NCBI GenBank assembly: GCA_965205025.1
Contig: CBDBFU010000012.1
Location: 160,001-224,000 of the forward strand
Reading direction: 5' to 3'
From: Candidatus Poribacteria bacterium
GTDB taxonomy: Bacteria; Poribacteria; WGA-4E; WGA-3G
DNA length: 64,000 nt
Part shown: positions 24,774 through 35,352 of the stretch, piece by piece
How positions within the stretch are numbered: position 1 is the stretch's first letter
How the letters are laid out: the number at the start of each line of letters is the position of its first letter
The notes under the pieces: generated by a model
Databases searched by the model: none
Told to the model about the DNA's origin: nothing
What the model saw: the letters and a program-made list of their open reading frames with translations, nothing else
Translations under genes and position numbers: made by a program

Positions 24774-26232
24774 CAATACCTTCGCCAAAAACACTTGAAT
24801 AAAAAGGGTGTTTGTCCTAAAGTTTTAAAATATCATTTTAACTTAGAAAGGACACACACCCATGCCAGAAATTATAGCATTATTTACTGTATTTAATCTA
24901 TGTTTATCCACTACTATGATCCGCCAGTTATGTCAAGTTGTATTTGCCCTGCTTGCGATGACAGGTCAGGTCACAATGTTAAATATCTCCCGTTGGACAT
25001 CAAAAGGAGGGAGTTATCGTACGATACAACGCTTCTTTAGCACAGATCTCCCTTGGCCAAAGATGTGTTGGCTCTTTTTCAAAAAATATCTGTTTGATCC
25101 TAAAAGTTTGTATATCCTTGTAGCAGATGAAGTCACGGTGTCAAAAACTGGGAAAAAAACTTATGGTATAGATCGCTTCTTCTCCTCATTACATGGAAAA
25201 CCGATTTCCGGTTTGTCATTTTTAGCGGTGTCCTTAGTAAGCGTCAAAGACAGGTGTTCTTACCCAATGATGATGGAACAAATCGTGCGTAGCAACGCAT
25301 CAGCCAATATGGATGTGTCTGCAATCGAAGATCAGGAGAATACACAGAAAGCCATAACAAAACGAGGGCGTGGTCGCCCCAAAGGGAGCCTGAATCGAAA
25401 CAAAAAGGATGTTGTGTTCAGCAATACTTTGAAACAACTTCAAACTATGGTGAAATCATTTCTCAAACAGATGGGAGATTGTATCAAACTCCGTTATTTT
25501 GTGCTTGATGGATATTTCGGACACAATAATGCGCTACAAATGGTATCACAATGTGGTCTCCATCTCATTTCAAAACTTCGCACAGATGCTGCGCTCTATT
25601 ATCCACCAACGACACCGTATAAAGGTCGTGGACGCCGCGCCCTCTATGGGGATCGTTTCAATCCACAACAAATGGATAACAAATGGCGTGTCTCTGTTGA
25701 AACAACCGATAACATCAGAACCGAAGTGTATCAAGTACACTTGCGTCATAAGCAGTTTGCGGATCCTCTCAATATTGTTTGTCTTCTCAAGACGCATCTG
25801 CTGACAGGACAAAAATCACACGTGTTATTGTTTAGTTCTGACCTAAAACTGAGTGCTCTAAAGATGATTGATTATTACTCCCTTCGTTTTCAAATAGAGT
25901 TTAACTTCAGAGACGCAAAACAGTATTGGGGGTTGGAAGATTTTATGAATGTCAAAAAAACACCTGTGAACAATGCAGCAAACTTATCCTTGTTTATGGT
26001 AAATGTGAGTGCGAAAATGGCAAACACATTTCGGTCTAATAACACGGCGTGTAGCGTATTAGATTTGAAAGCAAAATACCGAGCTATGAAGTATTTAGAG
26101 GAAACATTAAAAATACTTCCGCAAAAACCTGAACCTATTGTTATTGAGCAAATCACACAGCACCTTAGTTCTATCGGTGCTATTCATCACACACAGTTAG
26201 AACTAAGCACAGGATAATTGGCGAAGGTATTG
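24774..26232 (+). mobile_element. Insertion sequence, IS701/IS4-like
   Basis: 15-bp perfect TIRs CAATACCTTCGCCAA/TTGGCGAAGGTATTG; 4-bp flanks CTAT/TTAT (imperfect). Confidence 0.88.
24862..26217 (+). CDS. DDE transposase
   Basis: VADEV, VLDGYFG, YSLRFQIEFNFRDAKQ; RGRGRPKGS AT-hook-like insert. Confidence 0.9.
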   Translation: MPEIIALFTVFNLCLSTTMIRQLCQVVFALLAMTGQVTMLNISRWTSKGGSYRTIQRFFSTDLPWPKMCWLFFKKYLFDPKSLYILVADEVTVSKTGKKTYGIDRFFSSLHGKPISGLSFLAVSLVSVKDRCSYPMMMEQIVRSNASANMDVSAIEDQENTQKAITKRGRGRPKGSLNRNKKDVVFSNTLKQLQTMVKSFLKQMGDCIKLRYFVLDGYFGHNNALQMVSQCGLHLISKLRTDAALYYPPTTPYKGRGRRALYGDRFNPQQMDNKWRVSVETTDNIRTEVYQVHLRHKQFADPLNIVCLLKTHLLTGQKSHVLLFSSDLKLSALKMIDYYSLRFQIEFNFRDAKQYWGLEDFMNVKKTPVNNAANLSLFMVNVSAKMANTFRSNNTACSVLDLKAKYRAMKYLEETLKILPQKPEPIVIEQITQHLSSIGAIHHTQLELSTG

Positions 26233-26301
26233 TTATATGATACACAATTAAATTTCCAGATAAGTTTATAGTTATATTCAAAGATCAATCAGTGGGGTTA
26301 T

Positions 26302-29238
26302 ATGATGACAGAGAATAGTGTCCTACTCATTCATAGGGTTTTGGATGGGGATGAAGAAGCATTTACCTCTTTGGTTCAAATGTACCAGAAGAGAATACAT
26401 GCACTTGCTTGGCGGAAAATAGGAGATTATCATATAGCTGAAGAAATAACACAAGACACTTTTCTTCAAGTATACAAAAACCTTTCTACCCTCAGTAATC
26501 CCAAACAATTTGATGGTTGGCTGTATGTAATTGCCAATCGTTTATGCATAAATTGGATACAACGACATAAGACACCAATGCAGTCCATAGATGCTACCCC
26601 GACTCATGAAGTTGAAAAGGTATATTCTCACAAGTATGAGTCGGAGCAACGAGAGAAGGAAACCCTTGAACGTTATAGTGATATTGTAAAAAATCTACTC
26701 GAGAAACTACCAGAAAGTGAACGCACCGTAATTACGCTCTATTATTTCGGAGAAATGACTGCGAAGGAGATAGGTAAGTTCTTAGGTGTATCGGTAAACA
26801 CAATTAAGAGTCGACTGCGAAGAGCACGAAACCGTTTGAAACAGGATGAACCGATGATACGTGAAGCCATCACGCATTTCCAAATATCTCCTACCCTATC
26901 AGAGAATGTCTTGCGTGAAGTTTCTCGACTTCAACCCAATTCACCTTCTGGTAGTAAACCGTTTATCCCATGGGTATTAGGTACAACGACTGCTGCATTA
27001 CTTTTACTATTGCTGGGAACTGGCAGTCAATACTTTACCCGTCATCAGTCACCCTATAGTTTGGATTCCCAATCTGAGATGTCAGTGGATATCGTAGATT
27101 CTGCAATAGTCAATGATAATGAATCCAAACTGGATCTTCGAAATCATGAAAAGGATGTATCCGATATTGTCGGCAAAGGAAATGAAGGAAGTAAGGAATT
27201 AGAACAAGTGTCAACCGATCAAGGCAACTTAATCACAGATCAACACATTCAAGATGCAGTCCGTGATGTTTTACCACAATGGGATTTACCAGTAGGTGTC
27301 AAAGCAAGACTTGGTAAAGGAAAACTTCGCGATATGGAGTATTCTCCTGATGGAACATTACTTGCTGTTGCAGGACCTGTGGGAATTTGGTTGTATGACG
27401 CAAAAACGCTTCAGGAACTTGATCTACTTGTTCATTCACATGATGTAATTGGTATTAGGAGTTATAGGATTGAAAGTATATCTTTTAGTCCTGATGGTAG
27501 AACCCTTGCAAGTTGTAACTCCGGTTTTATCGCATTGTGGGATATTGAATCAAGGAAACGGATCAGTACTCCTACAACAGAGTATATTGGATCTGATAGT
27601 ATTTTATTTAGTCCGGATGGGAAGACTCTTGCAGGGATAGATCATAAAGAGGTGCATTTATTTGATGCAAAAACTGGAAAACTTAAGAGAACTATTCCAG
27701 AACAACCAGATTATATAAATTGCATTGCATTTAGTGTGGATGGACAGACAATTGCTACCGTTGATCGTGATGGACAAATTCGATTCTGGGACACTAACAC
27801 TGGTAAGGTAAAAGACACACTTGGAACACACAAGAAAGCTGTAAAAAGTGTTAAGTTTAGTCCGGATGGTAAAACCATCGCTACCAGGAATATAGATGGC
27901 AAGGTGCGATTATGGAATGCTGATACTAAACGACTTGAGAATACACTCTCTATACATAAAAAGTCGATTTACGATGTAGCGTTTAGTCCAGATGGGAATA
28001 CCCTCATAACAGAAAGTTCAGACAAGACAATTCGTCTATGGAATACAAAAACAGGTAACAAGGTCAAGGTAGTTGATTTTGGTGATAATGTTGATCAGGT
28101 ATTGTTTAGTCCTGATGGTAATACGATTGCAACTGCCAGTAGACATCATTCTATACAACTGTGGGATGCAAAATCTGGGATACTTAATAAAAAACTTGAT
28201 GGACATGCTTACCCTGTAACAGGTCTCTGGTTTAGTCCAGATGGTGAAACTCTGGCGAGTACGACTACTGATAATACTATCCGGTTATGGAATGTAAAGA
28301 CACTCCAACTTAAGAGTGTTCTTACAAATCAATTCTTCTTAGATAAAAATCAGGAACAAAAAGCGTATGTTGAGAACGTAGCGTTTAGTCCAGATGGTAA
28401 AATTCTCGCAAGTGCTGCAGGTGAGAAGAATAATCCTTCAGATTTGCTTGAGGAAAATTACCAAAATTTGCGTGGAAGTAATAACATCCTGCTATGGGAT
28501 ACAGAAACTGGAAGACAGGTAAATACACTAAAGGGACATATAAGTTATGTTGAGTGTATTGCTTTTAGTCCAGATGGACAGACACTTGTGAGTGGTAGTC
28601 AGAAAGGTAATATGCATTTCTGGCATGTCAGAAACGGTAAACATAGGAAGACAATTGACTTACACAATGAAAGTATTACAAGCATTTCGTTTAGTCATAA
28701 TGGACAGGTAATTGCTTACGGGAGCCACAACGGAACCGTTTCCTTATTAGACGTAAACACTTATGAGAATATCAAAACCTTTACTGGTCATGTAAATGAA
28801 GTTAGGACACTCACTTTTAGTCCGGATGGTCAAACTCTTGCAAGTACGGGTGTGGATAGTACGCTTCGTTTATGGGATGTTTCCACAGGACAACAGAAGA
28901 TGGGACTAACAGGTTATTGGCTCAATGGGCGTATGGGAACATTTTGGAATGTATTTTTCCATCCGGATGGAAAAGTGGTAGCAAGTGAAAGTGGAAGTTC
29001 CCAATTGGGTAACCACCACCTGTGGGGTAAAATACATTTATGGGATGTTATCAGTGGACAGCATAAGCATGTAATCACGAGTGATATCTCTAAACCATTA
29101 AGTGCTGCTATCAGTCCGGATGGAAAAACAATAGCACAAGGTAACTATGAAGGTACGGTATTCTTGTGGAATATTCCATCTCTATCAGATAATGATAACT
29201 CTGAAAAATTAACACATAAGATTGAAAAGTCTAACTGA
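26302..29238 (+). CDS. ECF sigma factor - TM helix - WD40 repeat fusion
   Basis: AEEITQDTF, TIKSRLRRARNRL; hydrophobic WVLGTTTAALLLLLLGTG; more than 12 FSPDG/WD repeats. Confidence 0.92.
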   Translation: MMTENSVLLIHRVLDGDEEAFTSLVQMYQKRIHALAWRKIGDYHIAEEITQDTFLQVYKNLSTLSNPKQFDGWLYVIANRLCINWIQRHKTPMQSIDATPTHEVEKVYSHKYESEQREKETLERYSDIVKNLLEKLPESERTVITLYYFGEMTAKEIGKFLGVSVNTIKSRLRRARNRLKQDEPMIREAITHFQISPTLSENVLREVSRLQPNSPSGSKPFIPWVLGTTTAALLLLLLGTGSQYFTRHQSPYSLDSQSEMSVDIVDSAIVNDNESKLDLRNHEKDVSDIVGKGNEGSKELEQVSTDQGNLITDQHIQDAVRDVLPQWDLPVGVKARLGKGKLRDMEYSPDGTLLAVAGPVGIWLYDAKTLQELDLLVHSHDVIGIRSYRIESISFSPDGRTLASCNSGFIALWDIESRKRISTPTTEYIGSDSILFSPDGKTLAGIDHKEVHLFDAKTGKLKRTIPEQPDYINCIAFSVDGQTIATVDRDGQIRFWDTNTGKVKDTLGTHKKAVKSVKFSPDGKTIATRNIDGKVRLWNADTKRLENTLSIHKKSIYDVAFSPDGNTLITESSDKTIRLWNTKTGNKVKVVDFGDNVDQVLFSPDGNTIATASRHHSIQLWDAKSGILNKKLDGHAYPVTGLWFSPDGETLASTTTDNTIRLWNVKTLQLKSVLTNQFFLDKNQEQKAYVENVAFSPDGKILASAAGEKNNPSDLLEENYQNLRGSNNILLWDTETGRQVNTLKGHISYVECIAFSPDGQTLVSGSQKGNMHFWHVRNGKHRKTIDLHNESITSISFSHNGQVIAYGSHNGTVSLLDVNTYENIKTFTGHVNEVRTLTFSPDGQTLASTGVDSTLRLWDVSTGQQKMGLTGYWLNGRMGTFWNVFFHPDGKVVASESGSSQLGNHHLWGKIHLWDVISGQHKHVITSDISKPLSAAISPDGKTIAQGNYEGTVFLWNIPSLSDNDNSEKLTHKIEKSN

Positions 29239-29249
29239 AGTCTACTTCT

Positions 29250-31418
29250 ATGATACGTAAAATAAGTATTTCTCTCTTGTTAATTACTGTTTTATCCATT
29301 TTGTTAATTTCCGTTATTGCAAAACGACAAGAGCGTGTGGTCATTGAAGATCTAATCATTGATTCGCCTCAACGATATTTACCGAATGATGATGTTATGG
29401 CACGGGTTGGCAAAGGTAGCATCAATAAAATAAAATATTCACCTGATGGTACAATCTTAGCGGTGGCAACAGGTATTGGGTTATGGCTCTATGATGCAAA
29501 TAATACTGATGAACTTGCTCTGTTGATGCCACATACATCAAATATAACCTGTATGTGTTTCAGTCCCGATGGAGAAACACTCGTTACTGGAAGCAAAGAT
29601 GAAATTGTTCGACTATGGGACGTTAAAACTCGAACACTCAAACAGATTTTTAGAGGACACACTATAGAAGTCTTTAATGTAGCGTTTAGTCTTGATGGTA
29701 AGACACTTGGAAGTGCATCAAGAGGGGAAATCAATATATGGGATATTCAGACAAGCACACATAAGAAAATTATCAAGAATCCATTCAATCCTTCCAATTG
29801 GTATAACAGTGGCTCACAACTATTCTATGTTGGAAATACACTAATTTTTGCTGAGGTTAGTAATAATGATAAGAAAGTTGAATTCATCAATATTAACAAA
29901 GTTGAAGGATTCTATATTAACAGAGAAAAGCAAGAGAGTACAATCTATGATTTGGAGGATTTTAGTAGAATATTTTTCAGTCCCAATGGCAGTTTACTCG
30001 CAACGGTATCATATAATACCATTCACCTTTTGGATGTTCACAACCAGAAAGACCAAATTATAAAAATAGACAATCGTGCTATTGCCGATGTATCTTTCAG
30101 TCCGGATGGTAAGACGCTTGCTGTTGTTAGTTTTGAATGGATAATTTATTTATGGGATATTGATACGGGGAAAGTAAAAGATACGATCAATCTACATACA
30201 GTTAAAATTTCTCGATTAACCTATAGTCCAGATGGATCAACCATTGTTAGTTGGGGAAACGATGGAATTATACGATTCTGGGATCTTACTACAAAAGAAC
30301 TGGTCAACACAATTACGGGACATATGGGTTGGTGGGATTTCTCATTGAGTCCTGATGGATATAATATAATAGGCTATGGAGGTAGTAAAACAATACATTT
30401 ATGGGATGCAAACATTGGTAAGCATCAGAAATCACTTACAGGACATAAGGAGACGATTTACAGTGTTGATATCAGTCCAGGCGGAACTACAATTGCAAGT
30501 AGCAGTAATGACAAGACTATACGTCTTTGGAATCTGAATACAGGGGAAGTAAGAAAAATTATGAGGGGATATAGGAATCCAGTAGATAAACTATTGTTTA
30601 ATCAAGATGGACATATACTTGCAACCGTAGATACGGAGCATAATATCCGATTATGGGATACGGCATCAGGTAAATATCTGATAACTCTAAATGGAATGAC
30701 AGACGCTGGTATTATAACGATGGCGTTTAGCAGTGATAGAAAGACTCTAACAAGTGTTGGATACGCTCACAAATTTTATGTAGGGAAACTTCATGTATGG
30801 AACATTAATACAGGAGAATTAAAACATGAAATAAGTATAAATCCTACAAATGGATATAGTGCTTCCTCATTTAGTAGTAAAGTACTATTTAGCCCTGATG
30901 GACAGACACTTGCCATAACGCTATCAAAAACTCCTTCTGACAACTCAAGAAGGGTTCATGCAATAGTTTTATGGGATGTCCGAACTGGAAAAATCAAACA
31001 CACTCTTACTGGACATAGAAACGATGTCTCGAGTATATCCTTTAGTTCTGATGGTAATACTTTGGCAAGTGGAGGGGATGATAAAACGATCCGAGTGTGG
31101 GATCTTGCCACTGGTGAGGAAAAACTGCTACTTTCGGATCCACAATGGCATCAAATTCTTTCAGGTGGTTTTGGTTTCGTTTCGCAACTGTCCTTTAGTC
31201 CAGATGGTCGTATTCTTGCAAGTGGAATTTCTGAAGGGGTAATCTACCTATGGGATATAGATACTGGAGAGCAGACAAAGATTCTCAAAGGACATACTGG
31301 ATATATGAGGAAGTTAACTTTTACTAAAGAGATGAAAACTCTTATGAGTCACAGTAGTGATGGAACTGTACTAATATGGGATATCTCATCGATAATGAAA
31401 ACTGCAGACGATAATTAA
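29250..31418 (+). CDS. Exported or anchored WD40 repeat protein
   Basis: N-terminal hydrophobic segment; repeated GH...FSPDG...WD; starts 11 bp after the ECF gene. Confidence 0.9.
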   Translation: MIRKISISLLLITVLSILLISVIAKRQERVVIEDLIIDSPQRYLPNDDVMARVGKGSINKIKYSPDGTILAVATGIGLWLYDANNTDELALLMPHTSNITCMCFSPDGETLVTGSKDEIVRLWDVKTRTLKQIFRGHTIEVFNVAFSLDGKTLGSASRGEINIWDIQTSTHKKIIKNPFNPSNWYNSGSQLFYVGNTLIFAEVSNNDKKVEFININKVEGFYINREKQESTIYDLEDFSRIFFSPNGSLLATVSYNTIHLLDVHNQKDQIIKIDNRAIADVSFSPDGKTLAVVSFEWIIYLWDIDTGKVKDTINLHTVKISRLTYSPDGSTIVSWGNDGIIRFWDLTTKELVNTITGHMGWWDFSLSPDGYNIIGYGGSKTIHLWDANIGKHQKSLTGHKETIYSVDISPGGTTIASSSNDKTIRLWNLNTGEVRKIMRGYRNPVDKLLFNQDGHILATVDTEHNIRLWDTASGKYLITLNGMTDAGIITMAFSSDRKTLTSVGYAHKFYVGKLHVWNINTGELKHEISINPTNGYSASSFSSKVLFSPDGQTLAITLSKTPSDNSRRVHAIVLWDVRTGKIKHTLTGHRNDVSSISFSSDGNTLASGGDDKTIRVWDLATGEEKLLLSDPQWHQILSGGFGFVSQLSFSPDGRILASGISEGVIYLWDIDTGEQTKILKGHTGYMRKLTFTKEMKTLMSHSSDGTVLIWDISSIMKTADDN

Positions 31419-31596
31419 TGTGTTAACTTAATGGTAGGAGAAACTCCGTTTTCAATCGAATCCCAATTTTCGTCATTTCTGTAAAAACTCAGAAACATCA
31501 ATACTCTTACTGCTAATAGAACTAAATGGTTAATATAACGACTTGTGTTTAGTTCACTAATTGTATTTTCTGTTTTCACGAAGTTTAAATTCTATG

Positions 31597-31715
31597 CTAT
31601 AAACATTTCGTCCCTACCAAATCAAGGAATCAACGGTATGAATGCGCGTATGGCATTCCCCGGGACTCAAGAGATGTGTATAGTTTTTCTATAAACATTC
31701 CGTCCCTACGGGACT
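31597..31715. repeat. REP pair (CTATAAACATTcCGTCCCTACGGGACT); first copy interrupted by a 44-bp mini-element
   Basis: Intact copy 31689-31715; split copy GTCCCTAC|31618-31661|GGGACT. Confidence 0.85.
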
Positions 31716-31896
31716 AAAAAACGGTTTAACTGACGAAAGATATTCTATAAACCTTTATTGTTGTGTAACGATTGGTTACAAAAAGTTATCTAGCACAACG
31801 CGTTAATATACATTATCTAAATACACAAGACAGGAAAGAAGAAATATGTAATAATAAAGGTTGAATGACTTATTCTAAAATACATACATACCATAC

Positions 31897-33300
31897 ATGA
31901 AATACTACATACATATAATACTCATTCTTCTCGTTTTATTTGCTTCTAATTCTATCAGTCAAGTTAAATCTCAAGTAACCGGACACTGGGAAGGAACGAT
32001 AGATGTTCCTAACCAACCATTGAACGTTAAGATAGACCTTTCAAAAAAAGATGGTAGTTGGAACGGTACAATCGACATCCCCACTCAAGGGGCAATAGGA
32101 TTATCGTTGTCCGAATTTCAAATTGATGAAACTGAAGAAATACCCAATGTAAGATTCTCTATTAATGGTGTGCCGGGTAATCCTACCTTTGATGGACAGC
32201 TACAAGAGCAGATCATCAAAGGAAAATTCACACAAGCAGGTTTTACATTCGATTTTCATCTTTCACGAGAGAAAATTGCCGGTCCATCCAGACCACAAGA
32301 ACCGAAACCACCCTTCCCATACAAAATTGAAGAAGTTGAATATAAGAATGGAACTGTTAATCTTGCTGGCACACTAACCTTACCCGCCAGTGCTGGACCT
32401 TTCCCCGCTGTACTACTTATCACTGGAAGCGGTTTGCAGGACAGAGATGAGACGATATTTGGACATAAGCCATTTTGGCTAATTGCCGACTTCCTTACCC
32501 GCGCGGGTATCGCAGTACTCAGAGTTGATGATCCCGGCATTGGTAAATCAACACAGCACCCCAAACCTCCTACAACCGCAGATTTTGCTACTGACGTAGA
32601 CGCCGGAGTTGCCTTTCTTAAGAAAGATAAGAGAATTGCATCTGTAGGGTTGATCGGTCACAGTGAAGGTGGGGCAATTGCATCTATTGTCGCAAGTCGA
32701 AATGATGATGTTAAGTTTACTGTTCTCTTAGCAGCACCGGGAGTAGTCGGTTCGGAACTCCTCCGAAAACAGAATCAGCGAATTTACGATGCAATGGGGT
32801 TTGAAGAGGAACGTAAACAAGCATTAATGACACTACTTGATAGTCTATTTACAATTTTAACTTCGGATAAACCAGATGCTGAAGTGCATCCGCAGGTGAG
32901 TATAATTGTACGTAAACAATTTGAACTAAACGGTATACATGCTGACAAAGTGGATGATAGAATGGTGCAGGCATCAGTTAAACAAGCACTAAATCCATGG
33001 ATGCGATATTTTCTTACCTTCAATCCACAACCTTATTTACGCAAAATTAAAACACCTGTTTTAGCACTTAACGGTGAGCTTGATGTACAAGTTGATGCGG
33101 AACAAAATATAACTGCTATTGCACATGCACTTGAACAAGGTGGGAATCAATACGTGACAATACATCGTATACCAGAACTAAACCATCTCTTTCAACATGC
33201 AAAAACAGGATTAGTCAATGAATATGCCGTAATTGAGGAGACCATCTCACCAGAAGTATTGAAACTCATTAAGGACTGGATACTCTCATTGAAACAATAA
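31897..33300 (+). CDS. Secreted alpha/beta hydrolase (S9/S15-like)
   Basis: GSGLQDRDE, GHSEGG nucleophile elbow, GELDVQV, LNHLFQ. Confidence 0.9.
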   Translation: MKYYIHIILILLVLFASNSISQVKSQVTGHWEGTIDVPNQPLNVKIDLSKKDGSWNGTIDIPTQGAIGLSLSEFQIDETEEIPNVRFSINGVPGNPTFDGQLQEQIIKGKFTQAGFTFDFHLSREKIAGPSRPQEPKPPFPYKIEEVEYKNGTVNLAGTLTLPASAGPFPAVLLITGSGLQDRDETIFGHKPFWLIADFLTRAGIAVLRVDDPGIGKSTQHPKPPTTADFATDVDAGVAFLKKDKRIASVGLIGHSEGGAIASIVASRNDDVKFTVLLAAPGVVGSELLRKQNQRIYDAMGFEEERKQALMTLLDSLFTILTSDKPDAEVHPQVSIIVRKQFELNGIHADKVDDRMVQASVKQALNPWMRYFLTFNPQPYLRKIKTPVLALNGELDVQVDAEQNITAIAHALEQGGNQYVTIHRIPELNHLFQHAKTGLVNEYAVIEETISPEVLKLIKDWILSLKQ

Positions 33301-33548
33301 CTTAAGAGGAATTAAGAAATTACCTAACTCAAATATACTTTTCATTGATATTACCCTTCTTTATCTGGTATACTGGTAACATACAGAACATTAAAAGACC
33401 CAAAATAAAATACACCATTATTCGTTCAAGGCTTGCTAAGAAATAATTTTGCCAAAACATATAAGGAATTAATTCCTAATAATCCAATCTACCTTATTAT
33501 ATTTTCCTATAGCACCTTCCGAATATTACATTGAGGTCGACAACGACT

Positions 33549-35051
33549 ATGTTTCGATCAAAAAAAATATTTGTCCTACTTCTTACGGGTATCGTTTTCT
33601 GTCTATTTGTCATATATATTACCGATACCGTTAGCCAATCCTATCAACGAAAAAAGACATATACTGATAAGCAATCCTATCAGGAGAATAGACCTTCAAA
33701 CCGTAGATATTATCCTAAACGACAAAGACGTTTTCATTCTCCATCCTCAACATTAAGTGGTCCTTGGAAACATACATCAAATCTACCGCTTGTAATAATT
33801 GATACAGACGGTAAGTGGATACCAGATGAACCGAAAACTCCTGCTCAAATGAAGATTATATACGATGAGTCTGGCGGTAGAAATAGTTTGAATAGTGCAC
33901 ATATTCATTTTGATGGAAAAATTGGCATTGAGATAAGAGGACAGACATCCCAAATGTTTCCAAAGAAACAGTATGGGATTGAAATTCAAGATGATACAGG
34001 TAATGACAAAGATGTCTCTATACTTGAAATGCCAGCAGGTTCAGACTGGGTGTTGAACGGTCCATATAGTGATAAAAGTTTGATGCGGAATTACTTGGCG
34101 TATGAGTTTAGTAATCGTATCGGTAGATATGCCACTCGAACCAGATTTGTGGAAGTTTTCCTCAATACAAGTAGAGATAAGGATATAGATGCACAACATT
34201 ATGTCGGTGTATATTTGTTTATAGAAAAAATAAAACGGGGAAAAGACAGAGTGCCTATTCAATCTTTACAACCAACCCATAAGGATATTCCAGAGATCAC
34301 TGGGGGGTATATGTTGAAGATAGATAAAAGTGATCGTCAAGAGACTTTTTTCTTTACAAATCATGATACACGTTTAGCTTATGTATATCCTAAAGAACGT
34401 AATATGAACTGGGAGCAGAAGCGGTGGATACACAGATATATGAACGATTTCGAATACGCTTTATCCAGTAGTCAATATAAAGACCCAAATATTGGTTATG
34501 CAAAGTATATTGATGTTGATTCATTTATTGATCATTTTATAATCAATGAGTTATTCAAAAATACTGATGGGTTTCGGTATAGCGCGTATATGTATAAAGA
34601 TAGAAATGGCAAATTGAATATGGGACCTGTCTGGGATTTCAATTTATCTATTGGAAATACGATATTCCATCAAGGTTGGGAAACAGATTCTTGGTTGATC
34701 TATACAAATCCTGTCCCATTCTGGTGGCATCGATTAATAACGGATGATAACTTTAAACAGAAACTTGTCAAAAGATGGAAGTCTCTCCGAAAGGAAGAAT
34801 TGTCCAATTCAGCTCTACTTAATGAAATAGACCGGACAGCAGAATACCTATCGGAAGCACAGAAACGAAACTACCAAAGATGGCCCGTTTTACGATATAC
34901 ACTTTTTGGTAATCCCGGACCCGGTTCGCCAACCTATCAGGGACAGGTAAATGACCTGAAAAATTGGCTCAAAACTCACTTACAATGGATGGATACGAAC
35001 ATCGAAAAATTACCTGGCAGATCCCAATATGTACGAAGACGTCGATATTAA
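33549..35051 (+). CDS. CotH kinase family protein
   Basis: IRGQTS-FPKKQY, DWVL-DKSLMRN, NTDG, GPVWDFN. Confidence 0.9.
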   Translation: MFRSKKIFVLLLTGIVFCLFVIYITDTVSQSYQRKKTYTDKQSYQENRPSNRRYYPKRQRRFHSPSSTLSGPWKHTSNLPLVIIDTDGKWIPDEPKTPAQMKIIYDESGGRNSLNSAHIHFDGKIGIEIRGQTSQMFPKKQYGIEIQDDTGNDKDVSILEMPAGSDWVLNGPYSDKSLMRNYLAYEFSNRIGRYATRTRFVEVFLNTSRDKDIDAQHYVGVYLFIEKIKRGKDRVPIQSLQPTHKDIPEITGGYMLKIDKSDRQETFFFTNHDTRLAYVYPKERNMNWEQKRWIHRYMNDFEYALSSSQYKDPNIGYAKYIDVDSFIDHFIINELFKNTDGFRYSAYMYKDRNGKLNMGPVWDFNLSIGNTIFHQGWETDSWLIYTNPVPFWWHRLITDDNFKQKLVKRWKSLRKEELSNSALLNEIDRTAEYLSEAQKRNYQRWPVLRYTLFGNPGPGSPTYQGQVNDLKNWLKTHLQWMDTNIEKLPGRSQYVRRRRY

Positions 35052-35123
35052 TTACGGTAGTAACCCCAGTTCAATGTTAGCAATTATGACCTTTCAGTAA
35101 TTTTCTGAACTATTGAATGCATA

Positions 35124-35156
35124 TTTATGCAACCATTACTACCTGAAATAGCGTCT
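35124..35156 (+). promoter_or_regulatory. Putative ECF-type promoter of the MoxR cluster
   Basis: TTTATGCAACCATT-13 nt-GCGTCT, matching the AAC (-35)/CGT (-10) pattern of ECF promoters. Confidence 0.6.
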
Positions 35157-35352
35157 TAAAACTAAGAGAAATGAAACTTGGTTAGAATTTTTCTACAAGA
35201 AGAATAATTTATGGAGTAAACAGGAAATCACAGTTTACGTAACTAATGTGTCAAAATATTTGTAGATTTTTCTATGAATTTCTGAAGAAAAACTAAAAAC
35301 TAACAACCAATAACTAACAACTATCAACCAATTAACAATCCAAGGATTAATA

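Noticed and set aside
21585-26232. Composite transposon carrying the sulfatase
   Set aside because: The two IS have unrelated TIRs and transposases and no shared outer TSD.
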